Positions 27,450 through 36,232 of a stretch of 64,000 bases of DNA are shown here, in pieces. The stretch comes from an uncultured Planctomycetales bacterium. Lineage in GTDB: Bacteria; Omnitrophota; Gorgyraeia; Zapsychrales; GWA2-47-8. Below the pieces are notes generated by a model. The model did not search any database, was not told where the DNA came from, and saw nothing but the letters and a program-made list of their open reading frames with translations. The stretch spans positions 93,013 to 157,012 of the forward strand of contig CAZCLW010000002.1 of the NCBI GenBank assembly GCA_964499685.1, read 5' to 3'. Every line of letters starts with the position of its first letter. Position 1 is the stretch's first letter. Made by a program: the position numbers and the translations under genes.

Positions 27450-27835
27450 AGCTCGGTCGGGCCTTCGGGCTGCGTCACGGCTTCGTTGACCTCATCGGTC
27501 GTCTCGTTGGCCGAAGCATCTGCATCCGCATCGATCAATTCCACATAGTTGGCGTCCCAATAGCCCTGCTCCTTGTTGGCGCGCGCATCCAGTTTGATTT
27601 CCTGGCCGCTGCGCAGTTCATCGAGGGAGGCGAGGTTTTTGAGCTTCGCGTTCTCCAGGATCTTGACATCAAGCTCCTTGGAATAGGCCTCTTGGAACTG
27701 TGCGCCGCTTCGTTCGATCGTCACCATCCTTTCGCCCAAGTCCACTTCCTTGACCACTCCCGACATCCATGCCGCGTAAGAGGGCGTCTGCATCAAAAAC
27801 AGGCTCATAAAAATGAATAAAAGTGTCTTTTTCAT
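27446..27835 (-). CDS. Small secreted OB-fold protein, CusF-like / DUF5666-like (paralog 3 of 3)
   Basis: Signal peptide MKKTLLFIFMSLFLMQTPSYA. SGVVKEVDLGERMVTIE...LRSGQEIKLDA repeats the pattern of ORFs 10679 and 21072. RBS AGGAGGTAAAA. Its stop overlaps the rpoZ stop (convergent). Confidence 0.45.
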   Translation of the reverse strand: MKKTLLFIFMSLFLMQTPSYAAWMSGVVKEVDLGERMVTIERSGAQFQEAYSKELDVKILENAKLKNLASLDELRSGQEIKLDARANKEQGYWDANYVELIDADADASANETTDEVNEAVTQPEGPTEL

Positions 27836-28004
27836 TTTTACCTCCTTGCCCGCCTCAGGCGGGCTTTTTATGGTTCGTCTTGATGCTAGCAAGCGCTTCA
27901 TGAAAAGAGGATTAAAAGAAAATTAAACACAGGCTGTAATGTTAATTTTATTTTAATTCTGTCTTCATGTTGCTACCCTTAAAATTTCAGATAAAGGATA
28001 AACA

Positions 28005-29288
28005 ATGAAGCAATTACAGACGATCAATATACTTTTGCCCGAGAACTTAAAGCCGGTCGGTTCGCTGCGGGACTATCTGGACACGGGCGGTTTTGACGGT
28101 TTTAAGAAGGCCAAGAGTTTAAGCGCTGTCCAGCTCATTGAAGAGGTCAAGCGGTCGGGTTTGCGCGGCCGGGGCGGGGCGGGTTTCCCCACCGGTATCA
28201 AATGGGAGACCGTCTACCGTGACCCGTGCCCTACCAAATATGTCGTCTGCAACGCCGCTGAAGGCGAGCCCGGCACGTATAAAGACCGTTACCTTATCCG
28301 GATGAACCCATATCAACTGATCGAAGGGATCCTGATCGCGTGCGGGGTGGTGGAGCCGCCCAAGGCCATTATCGGCATCAAGAAAAAATTCGTGCGTGAG
28401 ATCGAATCTTTGCGCCGGGCGATACGGGAAATTGAAGATGCCGGCATTATGCCCAAAGATTTTATTGAGCTTTTTCTTGGGCCGGATGAGTATCTTTTTG
28501 GGGAAGAAAAAGCCCTTTTGGAGGCGATCGACGGACGCGGCGCTTTGCCGCGTATCCTGCCCCCGTATGTCTTAGGTATCTATGAAAGTCCGGGCTTTCC
28601 GAACCCCACGATCGTCAACAATGTCGAGACCTTCAGTCATCTGCCGCATATTTTTGCCAACGGCGCGCACTGGTATTATTCGACCATAGGCGTGGAAGGT
28701 TCATCCGGGACCATGATCTTTACGCTGACCGGCGATGTCAAAAAGCCGGGCCTTTACGAGCTTCCTCTGGGCACGCCGTTGCGGGAACTTTTATACGATA
28801 TCGGCGGTGGGCCGCGCAACGGGCATTCGTTCAAGGCCGTTTTTTCAGGCGCGGCCAATCCGGTCATTACCCCGGAGATGTTCGATACGCCGATGGATTT
28901 TGTCGCTCTGCGCAAGGCCGGTTCAGGCCTGGGTTCTGCCGGATTCATCGTCTTTGACGACCGTACCTGCATGGTCAAAGCCGCTGCGCTTTTTTCCGGA
29001 TTTTTGGCCGCCGGGTCCTGCGGGCAGTGCGTTCCCTGTATCACCGGCACGAACAAAATAACCCAGCTTTTGGAAAAGATCGACCGGGGGAAGGGAGAAG
29101 GGGACGATATTGACGCGGTCCTGCGCGAGGCCGCCCGCACACCGGAACAGAGCCGCTGTTATCTGGCGACCCAGGAGTCCGTCTTGGTCACCAGTGTGGT
29201 CAGGAAATTCCGGCAGGAATTTGAACAGCATCTGGGCGCGAAATGCCCGTTGCCGCGCACGCTTGTCCTTCCCCGTCTCGAAATTTAA
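28005..29288 (+). CDS. NuoF-family flavoprotein (NADH-binding 51-kDa subunit-like, FMN plus 4Fe-4S)
   Basis: FMN/NADH motif RGRGGAGFPTGIKWE, YVVCNAAEGEPGTYKDRYL, and the SLBB region. 4Fe-4S motif SCGQCVPC. It is an orphan: no NuoE or other Nuo genes lie adjacent. Confidence 0.8.
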   Translation: MKQLQTINILLPENLKPVGSLRDYLDTGGFDGFKKAKSLSAVQLIEEVKRSGLRGRGGAGFPTGIKWETVYRDPCPTKYVVCNAAEGEPGTYKDRYLIRMNPYQLIEGILIACGVVEPPKAIIGIKKKFVREIESLRRAIREIEDAGIMPKDFIELFLGPDEYLFGEEKALLEAIDGRGALPRILPPYVLGIYESPGFPNPTIVNNVETFSHLPHIFANGAHWYYSTIGVEGSSGTMIFTLTGDVKKPGLYELPLGTPLRELLYDIGGGPRNGHSFKAVFSGAANPVITPEMFDTPMDFVALRKAGSGLGSAGFIVFDDRTCMVKAAALFSGFLAAGSCGQCVPCITGTNKITQLLEKIDRGKGEGDDIDAVLREAARTPEQSRCYLATQESVLVTSVVRKFRQEFEQHLGAKCPLPRTLVLPRLEI

Positions 29289-29294
29289 ATTAAA

Positions 29295-29308
29295 TAGGGT
29301 CTGTCCCT
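29295..29308. repeat. Single copy of the palindromic motif (TAGGGTCTGTCCCT) between the NuoF-like and UbiA-like genes
   Basis: Direct inspection. Confidence 0.5.
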
Positions 29309-29323
29309 TGTTATTTCTGTATA

Positions 29324-30852
29324 ATGTTTTCCATGAAGCGCTTCCTGGTCCGCATTGTCACCTATCTTGAAACAGCCGACATCCCTTTTCATTATTTCAT
29401 CCTGACATTCTTTGCAGCCGTTACTTTGCGCAATCTTTTTGAACAGCTGGTCTTTGCCGACACCGATCCCGCGCACATGGCCGCTGACCTTTTTCATTAT
29501 TACCTCAACTATATTTTTCTGGCCCTGGGCTTCATCAGCCTCCTGCAGGCCGCGACCAAAGAAAATGTCCTGCGTGTGGCCCGGGTCGTCCTGCCGTGCT
29601 TTATCATCCTTAACATCGTTCCCCTGATCGATTCTTTTTTCCGGGGCGCCCATCCATACTCTTTAGGATATATGTTCCCCGGCGAACATGACCCGCTGTG
29701 GTTGAACTTTGTGACCTTTTTCGGCCCGCTTAAAGATACCGGCATCACGATCGGCATGCGCACGGAGATCGCTATCGTCCTGGCCGGCTGCCTGTCCTAT
29801 TTTTCGCTCAAAGGCTTAAGCTGGCTGAAGAATATTTTGTTCTGCTTTCTGATCTACGCGTTCGTCTTTGTGACCGGCGCCTTACCCTATATCATCAAGG
29901 CGGTCATGGGCTTTTTAAAGATCAATTACAGTTTCAAGGCCCTGCTTTTTATCCATATGTATTTTGTCCTGCTTTTTCCGCTGATCATTTGGGTCTTCTT
30001 TGTGTACCGGCCGGATTATATGCGCGCGCTTGTGAAGGATATCCGGTTCCTGCGCGTGCTGCATTTTGAGTTGATGTTCTTTATCGGCATGGCCGCGGGC
30101 CGTTATTACGGGAAGGGGATACATGCCCTCACCCAATACAGCTTTTTCGAGATCACCCTGACCGCGATCGCCATTTTTCTCGCCTGTGTCTTTGCGCTGA
30201 CCACCAACAATCTGGCGGATGTCCGTATCGACGCGGTCAGTAACGCCAAACGGCCGACCGTTTCAGGTGCGATTCCGATGGAGCATTACCGGTTCATCCC
30301 CTGGTTTTTTCTTTTGGGCGCCCTGCTTTATTCTTGGATCGTCAATGTCTCGGCCTTGTTCGTCATAGGCACGTTCATGTCGGTTTATTATCTATATTCC
30401 ATGCCGCCGCTCCGGTTAAAGCGTATCCCCATCCTCAGCAAAGGCTTCATTGTCCTTAATTCCATTTTGCTTCTGGCTCTCGGCTATTACATGCAGGACC
30501 AGACCGTAAGGCTCGCGCTCGACGTTCCGCGGTTTTTTTTTACCTAGTTTGGCTCACTCTGGCGTGTAATTTTATCGACCTGAAGGACGTGGAAGGGGAC
30601 CGCGCCGAAGGCATTAAAACACTGCCTGTTTTGATCGGCAAAAGACAGGCGCAGGCCCTGATCAGCGCCTTTTTCTTTCTGTCCTATGCGATGGTCGGAA
30701 AGACGTTCAACGATCCCAAGGTGTTCGTTTTTTCCGTCACCGCCGGTTTTCTGCAGGCCATCCTCATCAATCAAAAAAATTATAGGGAAGGACCGGTCTT
30801 CCTGGTCTACGTGTTGAGCCTGATGTTCGTGCTTTTGACCTTGCATCAATAG
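29324..30852 (+). pseudogene. UbiA-family prenyltransferase with N-terminal membrane extension, interrupted by an apparent frameshift in a T9 homopolymer (30533-30541)
   Basis: ORF 29324..30547 contains the first Asp-rich motif (NNLADVRIDAVSN). The second motif (IDLKDVEGDRAEGIKTLPV) continues in the +2 frame (ORF 30589..30852) immediately after the T9 run. Together they would give about 509 aa. Confidence 0.5.
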
Positions 30853-30936
30853 GCCGCTTTTTCCTGATTTATTTTGACTTGAACGATGTCTTTGGATATA
30901 ATAGCCACATTATTCCCGCATCGGGAGGAGAAATTG

Positions 30937-31620
30937 ATGGCTTCCTCGCCTCATACAATCCGCTTGAATGACGTCGCGCTGTTCCAGGACCTTTCCGAGG
31001 GTGAACTTCAAGCCTTGTCGTCCTTCTTACAAGAAAATTCGTTTGAGAAAGATGAGATCATCGCCTTTGAAGGTGAAGAATGCCGTCGGATCTTCATCGT
31101 TCAGTCTGGACGCATAAAAATTTTCCGGTGCGCGGGCTCCGGCCGCGAGCAGATCCTGGAAGTCCTGGGCCCGGGCGATTCCTGTGCCTGTAATCCCGGC
31201 GTTCAGGTCTGGCAATGTTCGGCTACGTCGCAGGCCCTTTCCCCCTGCAAGGTGTGGTTTCTTCCACGCCAGCATTACAACAATCTGATCAATTCCAACT
31301 CCAAGCTCATGAAAAAGCTGACGCATATTTTTGCGACCCGTCTTTGCCGGTTCAGCTCGCTTATCGAGGATGTTTCCCTGACTGATTCCCGCCATCGCCT
31401 GGTCCGGTTCCTTTTGAACATGTTCGGGGCGCAAAAGGCGGTGCCGGGGAAACCCGTCTCGATCTCCTTTACCCGCGAAGAAATCGCGCAACGTCTGGGC
31501 CTTGTCCGCGAAACAGTGACCCGTCATCTGCAGAATTTAAGACGGAAAAAATTAATCGACATTAAAGCCCAACAGATCCTCCTACTGGACCGCCAAGGCC
31601 TTGAAAAACTGCTGGATTAA
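30937..31620 (+). CDS. CRP/FNR family transcriptional regulator
   Basis: cNMP-binding beta-barrel (EIIAFEGEECRRIFIVQSGRIKIF...GPGDSCA) and C-terminal HTH REEIAQRLGLVRETVTRHLQNLRRKKLI. RBS GGAGGAGAAAT. Confidence 0.8.
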   Translation: MASSPHTIRLNDVALFQDLSEGELQALSSFLQENSFEKDEIIAFEGEECRRIFIVQSGRIKIFRCAGSGREQILEVLGPGDSCACNPGVQVWQCSATSQALSPCKVWFLPRQHYNNLINSNSKLMKKLTHIFATRLCRFSSLIEDVSLTDSRHRLVRFLLNMFGAQKAVPGKPVSISFTREEIAQRLGLVRETVTRHLQNLRRKKLIDIKAQQILLLDRQGLEKLLD

Positions 31621-31647
31621 AACTTCCATTCTTCCGTTTTTTCCTTA

Positions 31648-31663
31648 TGTGACGGCCGTCACA
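31648..31663. promoter_or_regulatory. Perfect CRP-type palindrome TGTGACGGCCGTCACA (TGTGA-N6-TCACA)
   Basis: Lies 28 nt after the stop of the CRP/FNR gene and about 95 nt upstream of the hemerythrin-like/hemA/cytochrome gene string. Confidence 0.45.
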
Positions 31664-31755
31664 GACATTTTTTAAAAATATATTATATCTATACCATCAT
31701 CAATGTATGCCTTTTAGGGAGGAGAGAGTGTATTTTTCGGCCCTCTGGGAACAGG

Positions 31756-32271
31756 ATGAGGCAAAAAATAGAAATCCATCAGGAAAAGGCGCTCCAAACG
31801 GCCGACAGGCTTTATGAGGCTTTGCACAATCTTCGCTATGAAGGGAAAATATTTCTGAAAAGAAATATCAGGATCATCCAGGAAGCGGTCGATTTTTTTA
31901 AAGAGGAGCATATTTCTTATATACGGCTCGATGAGGAAGTCATTTTTCCGTTCCTACGGGTCCATATTCCCAAACTTGAACAAATGTTGGACGTGCTCCA
32001 GGCCGAGAATAACGAGTTCAGAGAAAAATTGGCCGAATTGGAAGGCCTTTTCCGCCAACTGAAGTCAGAAGCTTCGGACAGCGGCCGTTTCCGCAAGATC
32101 ATGGAAAACATCTGTGATCAGGGCACTTATCTATTCTGTCTGGTCCGGAATCACATGCAGGTCAAGGCGGAGGCCGTTTATAAGGTCATGGACCGGGAGC
32201 TGCATCAGGATGAGAAGCGCAGTCTTTACAAGAATATTGCGGATTTCACCGCCGGGATAAAAACGACCTAG
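31756..32271 (+). CDS. Hemerythrin-like (HHE cation-binding) domain protein
   Basis: Four-helix pattern with H...HxxxE and H....H spacing (EHISYIRLDEEVIFPFL, NHMQVKAEAVYKV). Confidence 0.45.
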   Translation: MRQKIEIHQEKALQTADRLYEALHNLRYEGKIFLKRNIRIIQEAVDFFKEEHISYIRLDEEVIFPFLRVHIPKLEQMLDVLQAENNEFREKLAELEGLFRQLKSEASDSGRFRKIMENICDQGTYLFCLVRNHMQVKAEAVYKVMDRELHQDEKRSLYKNIADFTAGIKTT

Positions 32272-32278
32272 AGGATCT

Positions 32279-33376
32279 ATGCGCATTATTGCCGTCGGCA
32301 CCAATCACAAAATCGCCCCTCTCGAAATAAGAGAAAAATTCTATCTTCAAAAGATCGAGCGCGAACTGCTGTTGAGCGCGTTACGCAATGACCCTTCCGT
32401 GGCCGAGGCGCTGGTCCTTTCGACTTGCAACCGTACGGAAATTTATGCCCATATCATCGATACCGGCCGGGTGGACCTTGTGTCCGCGCTTTTTAAGACC
32501 AAAGATATTGCTCCTAAAGATGAAGAGCGCTTGAGGCAATATTTTTACGTGTACGAGGATGAATCGGCTATCCGGCACCTTTTTTCCGTTTCCGCAGGCC
32601 TGGATTCGCTGATCGTGGGCGAAAAGCAAATTCTGGGACAGGTCAAGACCGCCGCGGAATTATCCCGGCAAATGGGCATGAGCGCCAAGGTATTCAATAT
32701 CCTGACCAATATGGCCATCCGGGCGGGCAAAAAAGCGCGGCATGAGACCGATATCGATGCCGGCGGGGCCTCCATCAGCTGGGCGGTGATGAAGACCGCG
32801 GAAAGACTTCTGGGTTCGCTCAAAGACCGGTCTGTCCTGATCGTCGGCGCCGGAAAAATGGGCAAACTGGCCATCAATTGCTTTGACGGGAAAGGCCTGA
32901 AACGCCTTTATGTCATGAACCGCAATCAGGAGAAGGCTGATGAAGTCGCTCTCCATTACGGTGATGTCCTGGCTGAACCTTTCTGGAAATTAAAGGATAT
33001 TTTGGCCGATGTCGATGTCTGCGTCTGTTCTACAAGCTGCCCGCATTATTTAGTGGAAGCGGGGCTGGCCGCACAAGTCATGTCCGGCCGCCGTGCCCGT
33101 CAGCTGATATTCATTGATATCTCCGTCCCCCGCAATATCGATCCGGCAATCGCCGGTCTGGCCAATGTCCGTTTGATCACGACGGACCATTTGACCGATG
33201 TTGTGCAAGGGAACTTGAAAAAACGTCAAGCCGCCGCCGGGAAGGTCGAAGCGATCATCGAAACTAAGTTGCATGATTTTTATAAAAAGATCATTAGGCG
33301 GGAACGTCCTACATATGTTCAGCCCGGAGGAGATCGCCCTGGAAAAGCCGCGATTTCAGGAAAGGAGTCAGTATGA
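32279..33376 (+). CDS. hemA: Glutamyl-tRNA reductase HemA
   Basis: MRIIAVGTNHKIAPLEIREK... with the invariant LSTCNRTEIY active-site motif, an NADPH Rossmann segment LIVGAGKMG and a dimerisation tail. 365 aa, which is short. Confidence 0.85.
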   Translation: MRIIAVGTNHKIAPLEIREKFYLQKIERELLLSALRNDPSVAEALVLSTCNRTEIYAHIIDTGRVDLVSALFKTKDIAPKDEERLRQYFYVYEDESAIRHLFSVSAGLDSLIVGEKQILGQVKTAAELSRQMGMSAKVFNILTNMAIRAGKKARHETDIDAGGASISWAVMKTAERLLGSLKDRSVLIVGAGKMGKLAINCFDGKGLKRLYVMNRNQEKADEVALHYGDVLAEPFWKLKDILADVDVCVCSTSCPHYLVEAGLAAQVMSGRRARQLIFIDISVPRNIDPAIAGLANVRLITTDHLTDVVQGNLKKRQAAAGKVEAIIETKLHDFYKKIIRRERPTYVQPGGDRPGKAAISGKESV

Positions 33377-34134
33377 CCGGAAAATCTACTGCCAAAATTT
33401 TAAGCTTATCGATCGGCTTTTTTGTGCTGCTCTTGGTGCCTCCGAGCGCCTTTTCTGACTCTAAGGAGCTTCCTCTTATGAAAGGGGCTACCTATGTCGG
33501 CATGGAAACCTGTGCCACCTGCCATGAAAAGGAGCATAAGGAGTATCTTCTTTCCACTCATGCGCGCATCAGTGTTAAGGATGACAAGACCGGACAGCCG
33601 CAGGACTGCGAAATGTGTCACGGTCCGGGAAGCGTTCACGTGGACGATGGGGAAGGCAGGAGAGGTACCATTATCAATCCGCGGAAGAATCCGGAAGTAT
33701 GTTTCAGCTGTCACATGGACAAGAAAATGGAATTTATGCTGCCGCACCGCCATCCTGTCCTTGAAGGAAAAATGAGCTGCGCGGACTGCCATTCCGCCCA
33801 TGGGACCGATGTCAGGCCTTGGTCGTCAACGACCATGGAGGGAGTAAATGAGCTTTGCTTCAAATGTCATAAAGAACAGCGCGGTCCATTTATCTTTGAG
33901 CATGAGGCCCTTCGTGAAGGTTGTACGACCTGCCATAAAGTGCACGGATCGATCAACGACAAAATGCTTTTAGCGCGGGACAGCAATCTTTGTTTACGCT
34001 GCCATGTGCAAACGAACTTTCCGTTCATCGGAGATAATAATCATAGCGGCCGGCTGTTCCGAGCCACCTGCTTCAGCGCCGGATGCCATACAGCCGCACA
34101 TGGATCTAATTTTGATGATCACTTGCGCTATTGA
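33373..34134 (+). CDS. Periplasmic multiheme c-type cytochrome (7 CxxCH plus 1 CxxxCH, octaheme-like; OmaB-like size)
   Basis: Signal peptide. Heme motifs CATCH, CEMCH, CFSCH, CADCH, CFKCH, CTTCH, CLRCH and CFSAGCH in 253 aa. The start overlaps the hemA stop. RBS AGGAAAGGAG. Confidence 0.8.
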   Translation: MTGKSTAKILSLSIGFFVLLLVPPSAFSDSKELPLMKGATYVGMETCATCHEKEHKEYLLSTHARISVKDDKTGQPQDCEMCHGPGSVHVDDGEGRRGTIINPRKNPEVCFSCHMDKKMEFMLPHRHPVLEGKMSCADCHSAHGTDVRPWSSTTMEGVNELCFKCHKEQRGPFIFEHEALREGCTTCHKVHGSINDKMLLARDSNLCLRCHVQTNFPFIGDNNHSGRLFRATCFSAGCHTAAHGSNFDDHLRY

Positions 34135-34147
34135 GAAGGAGGGTCCC

Positions 34148-36217
34148 ATGAGAAAAATTCCCCAATTTATTTTTACGGTCTTTGTGACGATAATGTCCTG
34201 CCATATGGCAGCCTCCCGCTCAATGGCCGAAGAGGAGGACAATCCCATCCATATTCTTTTAATGCCGGCCTACTATGCCTCGGTCAAAGGAGATGTGCAA
34301 AGGTTCCGTGCGCACACGTGGACTAATGACGGATATATGGGCGGCATCAAGGACCTGTGGGCCGATTATGTGCTGCCTAATGACACGAAGATGTCCTTTG
34401 AGGGGCATTATATCCATGGCAACGGGGACATCGGCGCCGATCTGCTTTTAAGCAACGAGAATATCGGGGATTTTAACGTCGATTACCACACCCTTCGCAA
34501 ATATTATGACGGATCCGGCGGGAGCTTTGCGCGCTTTCCCACGCTTCATACGCTGCAAACCAACAACGACCTTCAGATGGACATGGGCCATCTGGGGGTT
34601 ACCTTTGCGCCCACTTTAACGCTTGGGAGCTGGCATGATTTTGTGCTCGGCTATGAACACCATACCAAAGATGGGACCAAGTCCAGATTGTCCTGGGGGC
34701 AAGTAGTGGACCTTACGAACCGCAGCGTAGGCCCTTCATTCCAGGAGATCAGCGAGATATCAGACATCATCACGCTGCAAGGGCAAACGGAATTTGCCGG
34801 TTTCGATGTTACAGCCCGGCAACTGTATGAAATGACTTCCATCGATTCCATGAGGCAGGAACAAAATCTGGATACCTCCTCGACACCCAGTGCAAGCAAT
34901 CTGATACGTCAGCAGTATCAGCAGCCCTCGTCCGATACGGCCATGACGTTGTTGCATGGGGAAAAATGGTTCAACAAAGACAAGTCTTTTGTTTCCATGG
35001 CCTATCGTTTTCATAAGATCAATGCCAATGAATCGGAAGATCTTTATGAATTGAACAGCTTTAACGGCCAGCCCACCAATTACGGAACAAATGCCCACCA
35101 GCGCCGGGGCGCGGGGGCCGAGACTCATCTGGATTCCCACACTTTTTTGGGGAATTACAATACCAGACTGAGCAAAGATCTGAATTTTATCGCCAAACTG
35201 AAGACCGAGTACATCAAGCGGGACGGCAAGTCGATCTATCCATACGATCATCTCCCGGGCAACGGGGGGCTTCCCGATGGGACCATTGATGCGATTGATT
35301 ATAGCGAAAGCCGTCAATCCGCCCTGATCTGGGGGCAGAATCTCGGATTGCGTTACTCCGGGATTCCTAAAACCAGTCTCTATGCTGACGCCGATGTCTC
35401 GGAATCCAGAGGTAATATCCGCGAACAGCAGCAAAATATTACCAAGGTCCTGAACTGGGAAAGAGAAACAAACACCCACATCACTAAAGCGGCCTGGACG
35501 GTGGGCGGCAGATATGTTCCCATCAGCAAGTTCTACGGCACCCTCCAGTATCGGCACCGGCTGGAATTAAATAAGTATGAAGATAAGCGGGACACAGCCG
35601 GAACGATTAATTCTGCTTTCGTCGACCGGATGGACATTATTTCCGATGAACTTTCCACGAAGCTGAACTGGAAGCTTCACCAAAAAGTCCAGACAGCCTT
35701 CCGTTATCAACTGGCGGACCGTAATTATACGACCCGGGTGCAGGGCCAGCAAGAACAGGATGCGAAGGTCCTTTCGCATACCTTCACCTATGATGTCACT
35801 GTTCTTCCGGTGGAACGCTGGCTGCTGAACTTGTCGTTCTCACAGCAGAATTTAAAGACTTCTACAGCGGCAACCGCCTATGGTACGGCCGATTCGGTCC
35901 CCGGTTTTGTCGGGGATGTCCGGACGCTGCTTCTCGGTGCCAGCTACACAGCGACGGAAAGCCTGAACTATACCGGCTCAGCCTATTATTCCTGGACGGA
36001 TAATTTCGATGATTATTCCGTTTCCGGTTTGCCGTTGGGGCTGGACAGCGGGCATCTCGGAGTGGAATTGGGCGCACAGTGGAGGCCGACGAAGAACGAA
36101 GAAGACTTTTTGGTCGAGCCGCATTACGGCTATTATAGCTATGATGCCGACTCGGTGGTCGAACGGACAGCCTATAGCGCACATGTTCTGTGGCTCGACT
36201 TGTCATTGAAATGGTAA
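34148..36217 (+). CDS. Outer-membrane beta-barrel protein, MtrB/PioB-like porin of a putative porin-cytochrome conduit
   Basis: Signal peptide. 689 aa, rich in G/Y/T/N/S with alternating amphipathic strands, and a C-terminal ...LDLSLKW aromatic ending. It sits between two multiheme cytochromes. RBS GAAGGAGG. Confidence 0.45.
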   Translation: MRKIPQFIFTVFVTIMSCHMAASRSMAEEEDNPIHILLMPAYYASVKGDVQRFRAHTWTNDGYMGGIKDLWADYVLPNDTKMSFEGHYIHGNGDIGADLLLSNENIGDFNVDYHTLRKYYDGSGGSFARFPTLHTLQTNNDLQMDMGHLGVTFAPTLTLGSWHDFVLGYEHHTKDGTKSRLSWGQVVDLTNRSVGPSFQEISEISDIITLQGQTEFAGFDVTARQLYEMTSIDSMRQEQNLDTSSTPSASNLIRQQYQQPSSDTAMTLLHGEKWFNKDKSFVSMAYRFHKINANESEDLYELNSFNGQPTNYGTNAHQRRGAGAETHLDSHTFLGNYNTRLSKDLNFIAKLKTEYIKRDGKSIYPYDHLPGNGGLPDGTIDAIDYSESRQSALIWGQNLGLRYSGIPKTSLYADADVSESRGNIREQQQNITKVLNWERETNTHITKAAWTVGGRYVPISKFYGTLQYRHRLELNKYEDKRDTAGTINSAFVDRMDIISDELSTKLNWKLHQKVQTAFRYQLADRNYTTRVQGQQEQDAKVLSHTFTYDVTVLPVERWLLNLSFSQQNLKTSTAATAYGTADSVPGFVGDVRTLLLGASYTATESLNYTGSAYYSWTDNFDDYSVSGLPLGLDSGHLGVELGAQWRPTKNEEDFLVEPHYGYYSYDADSVVERTAYSAHVLWLDLSLKW

Positions 36218-36232
36218 GCGCTGGGTGACAGT

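Noticed and set aside
27848-27870. GC-rich hairpin GCCCGCCTCAGGCGGGC followed by TTTTT on the + strand
   Set aside because: It looks like a rho-independent terminator, but no + strand gene ends upstream of it. It lies in the 5-prime leader of the minus-strand CusF-like gene just before its RBS, so it is more likely an mRNA leader structure. Not reported as a terminator.
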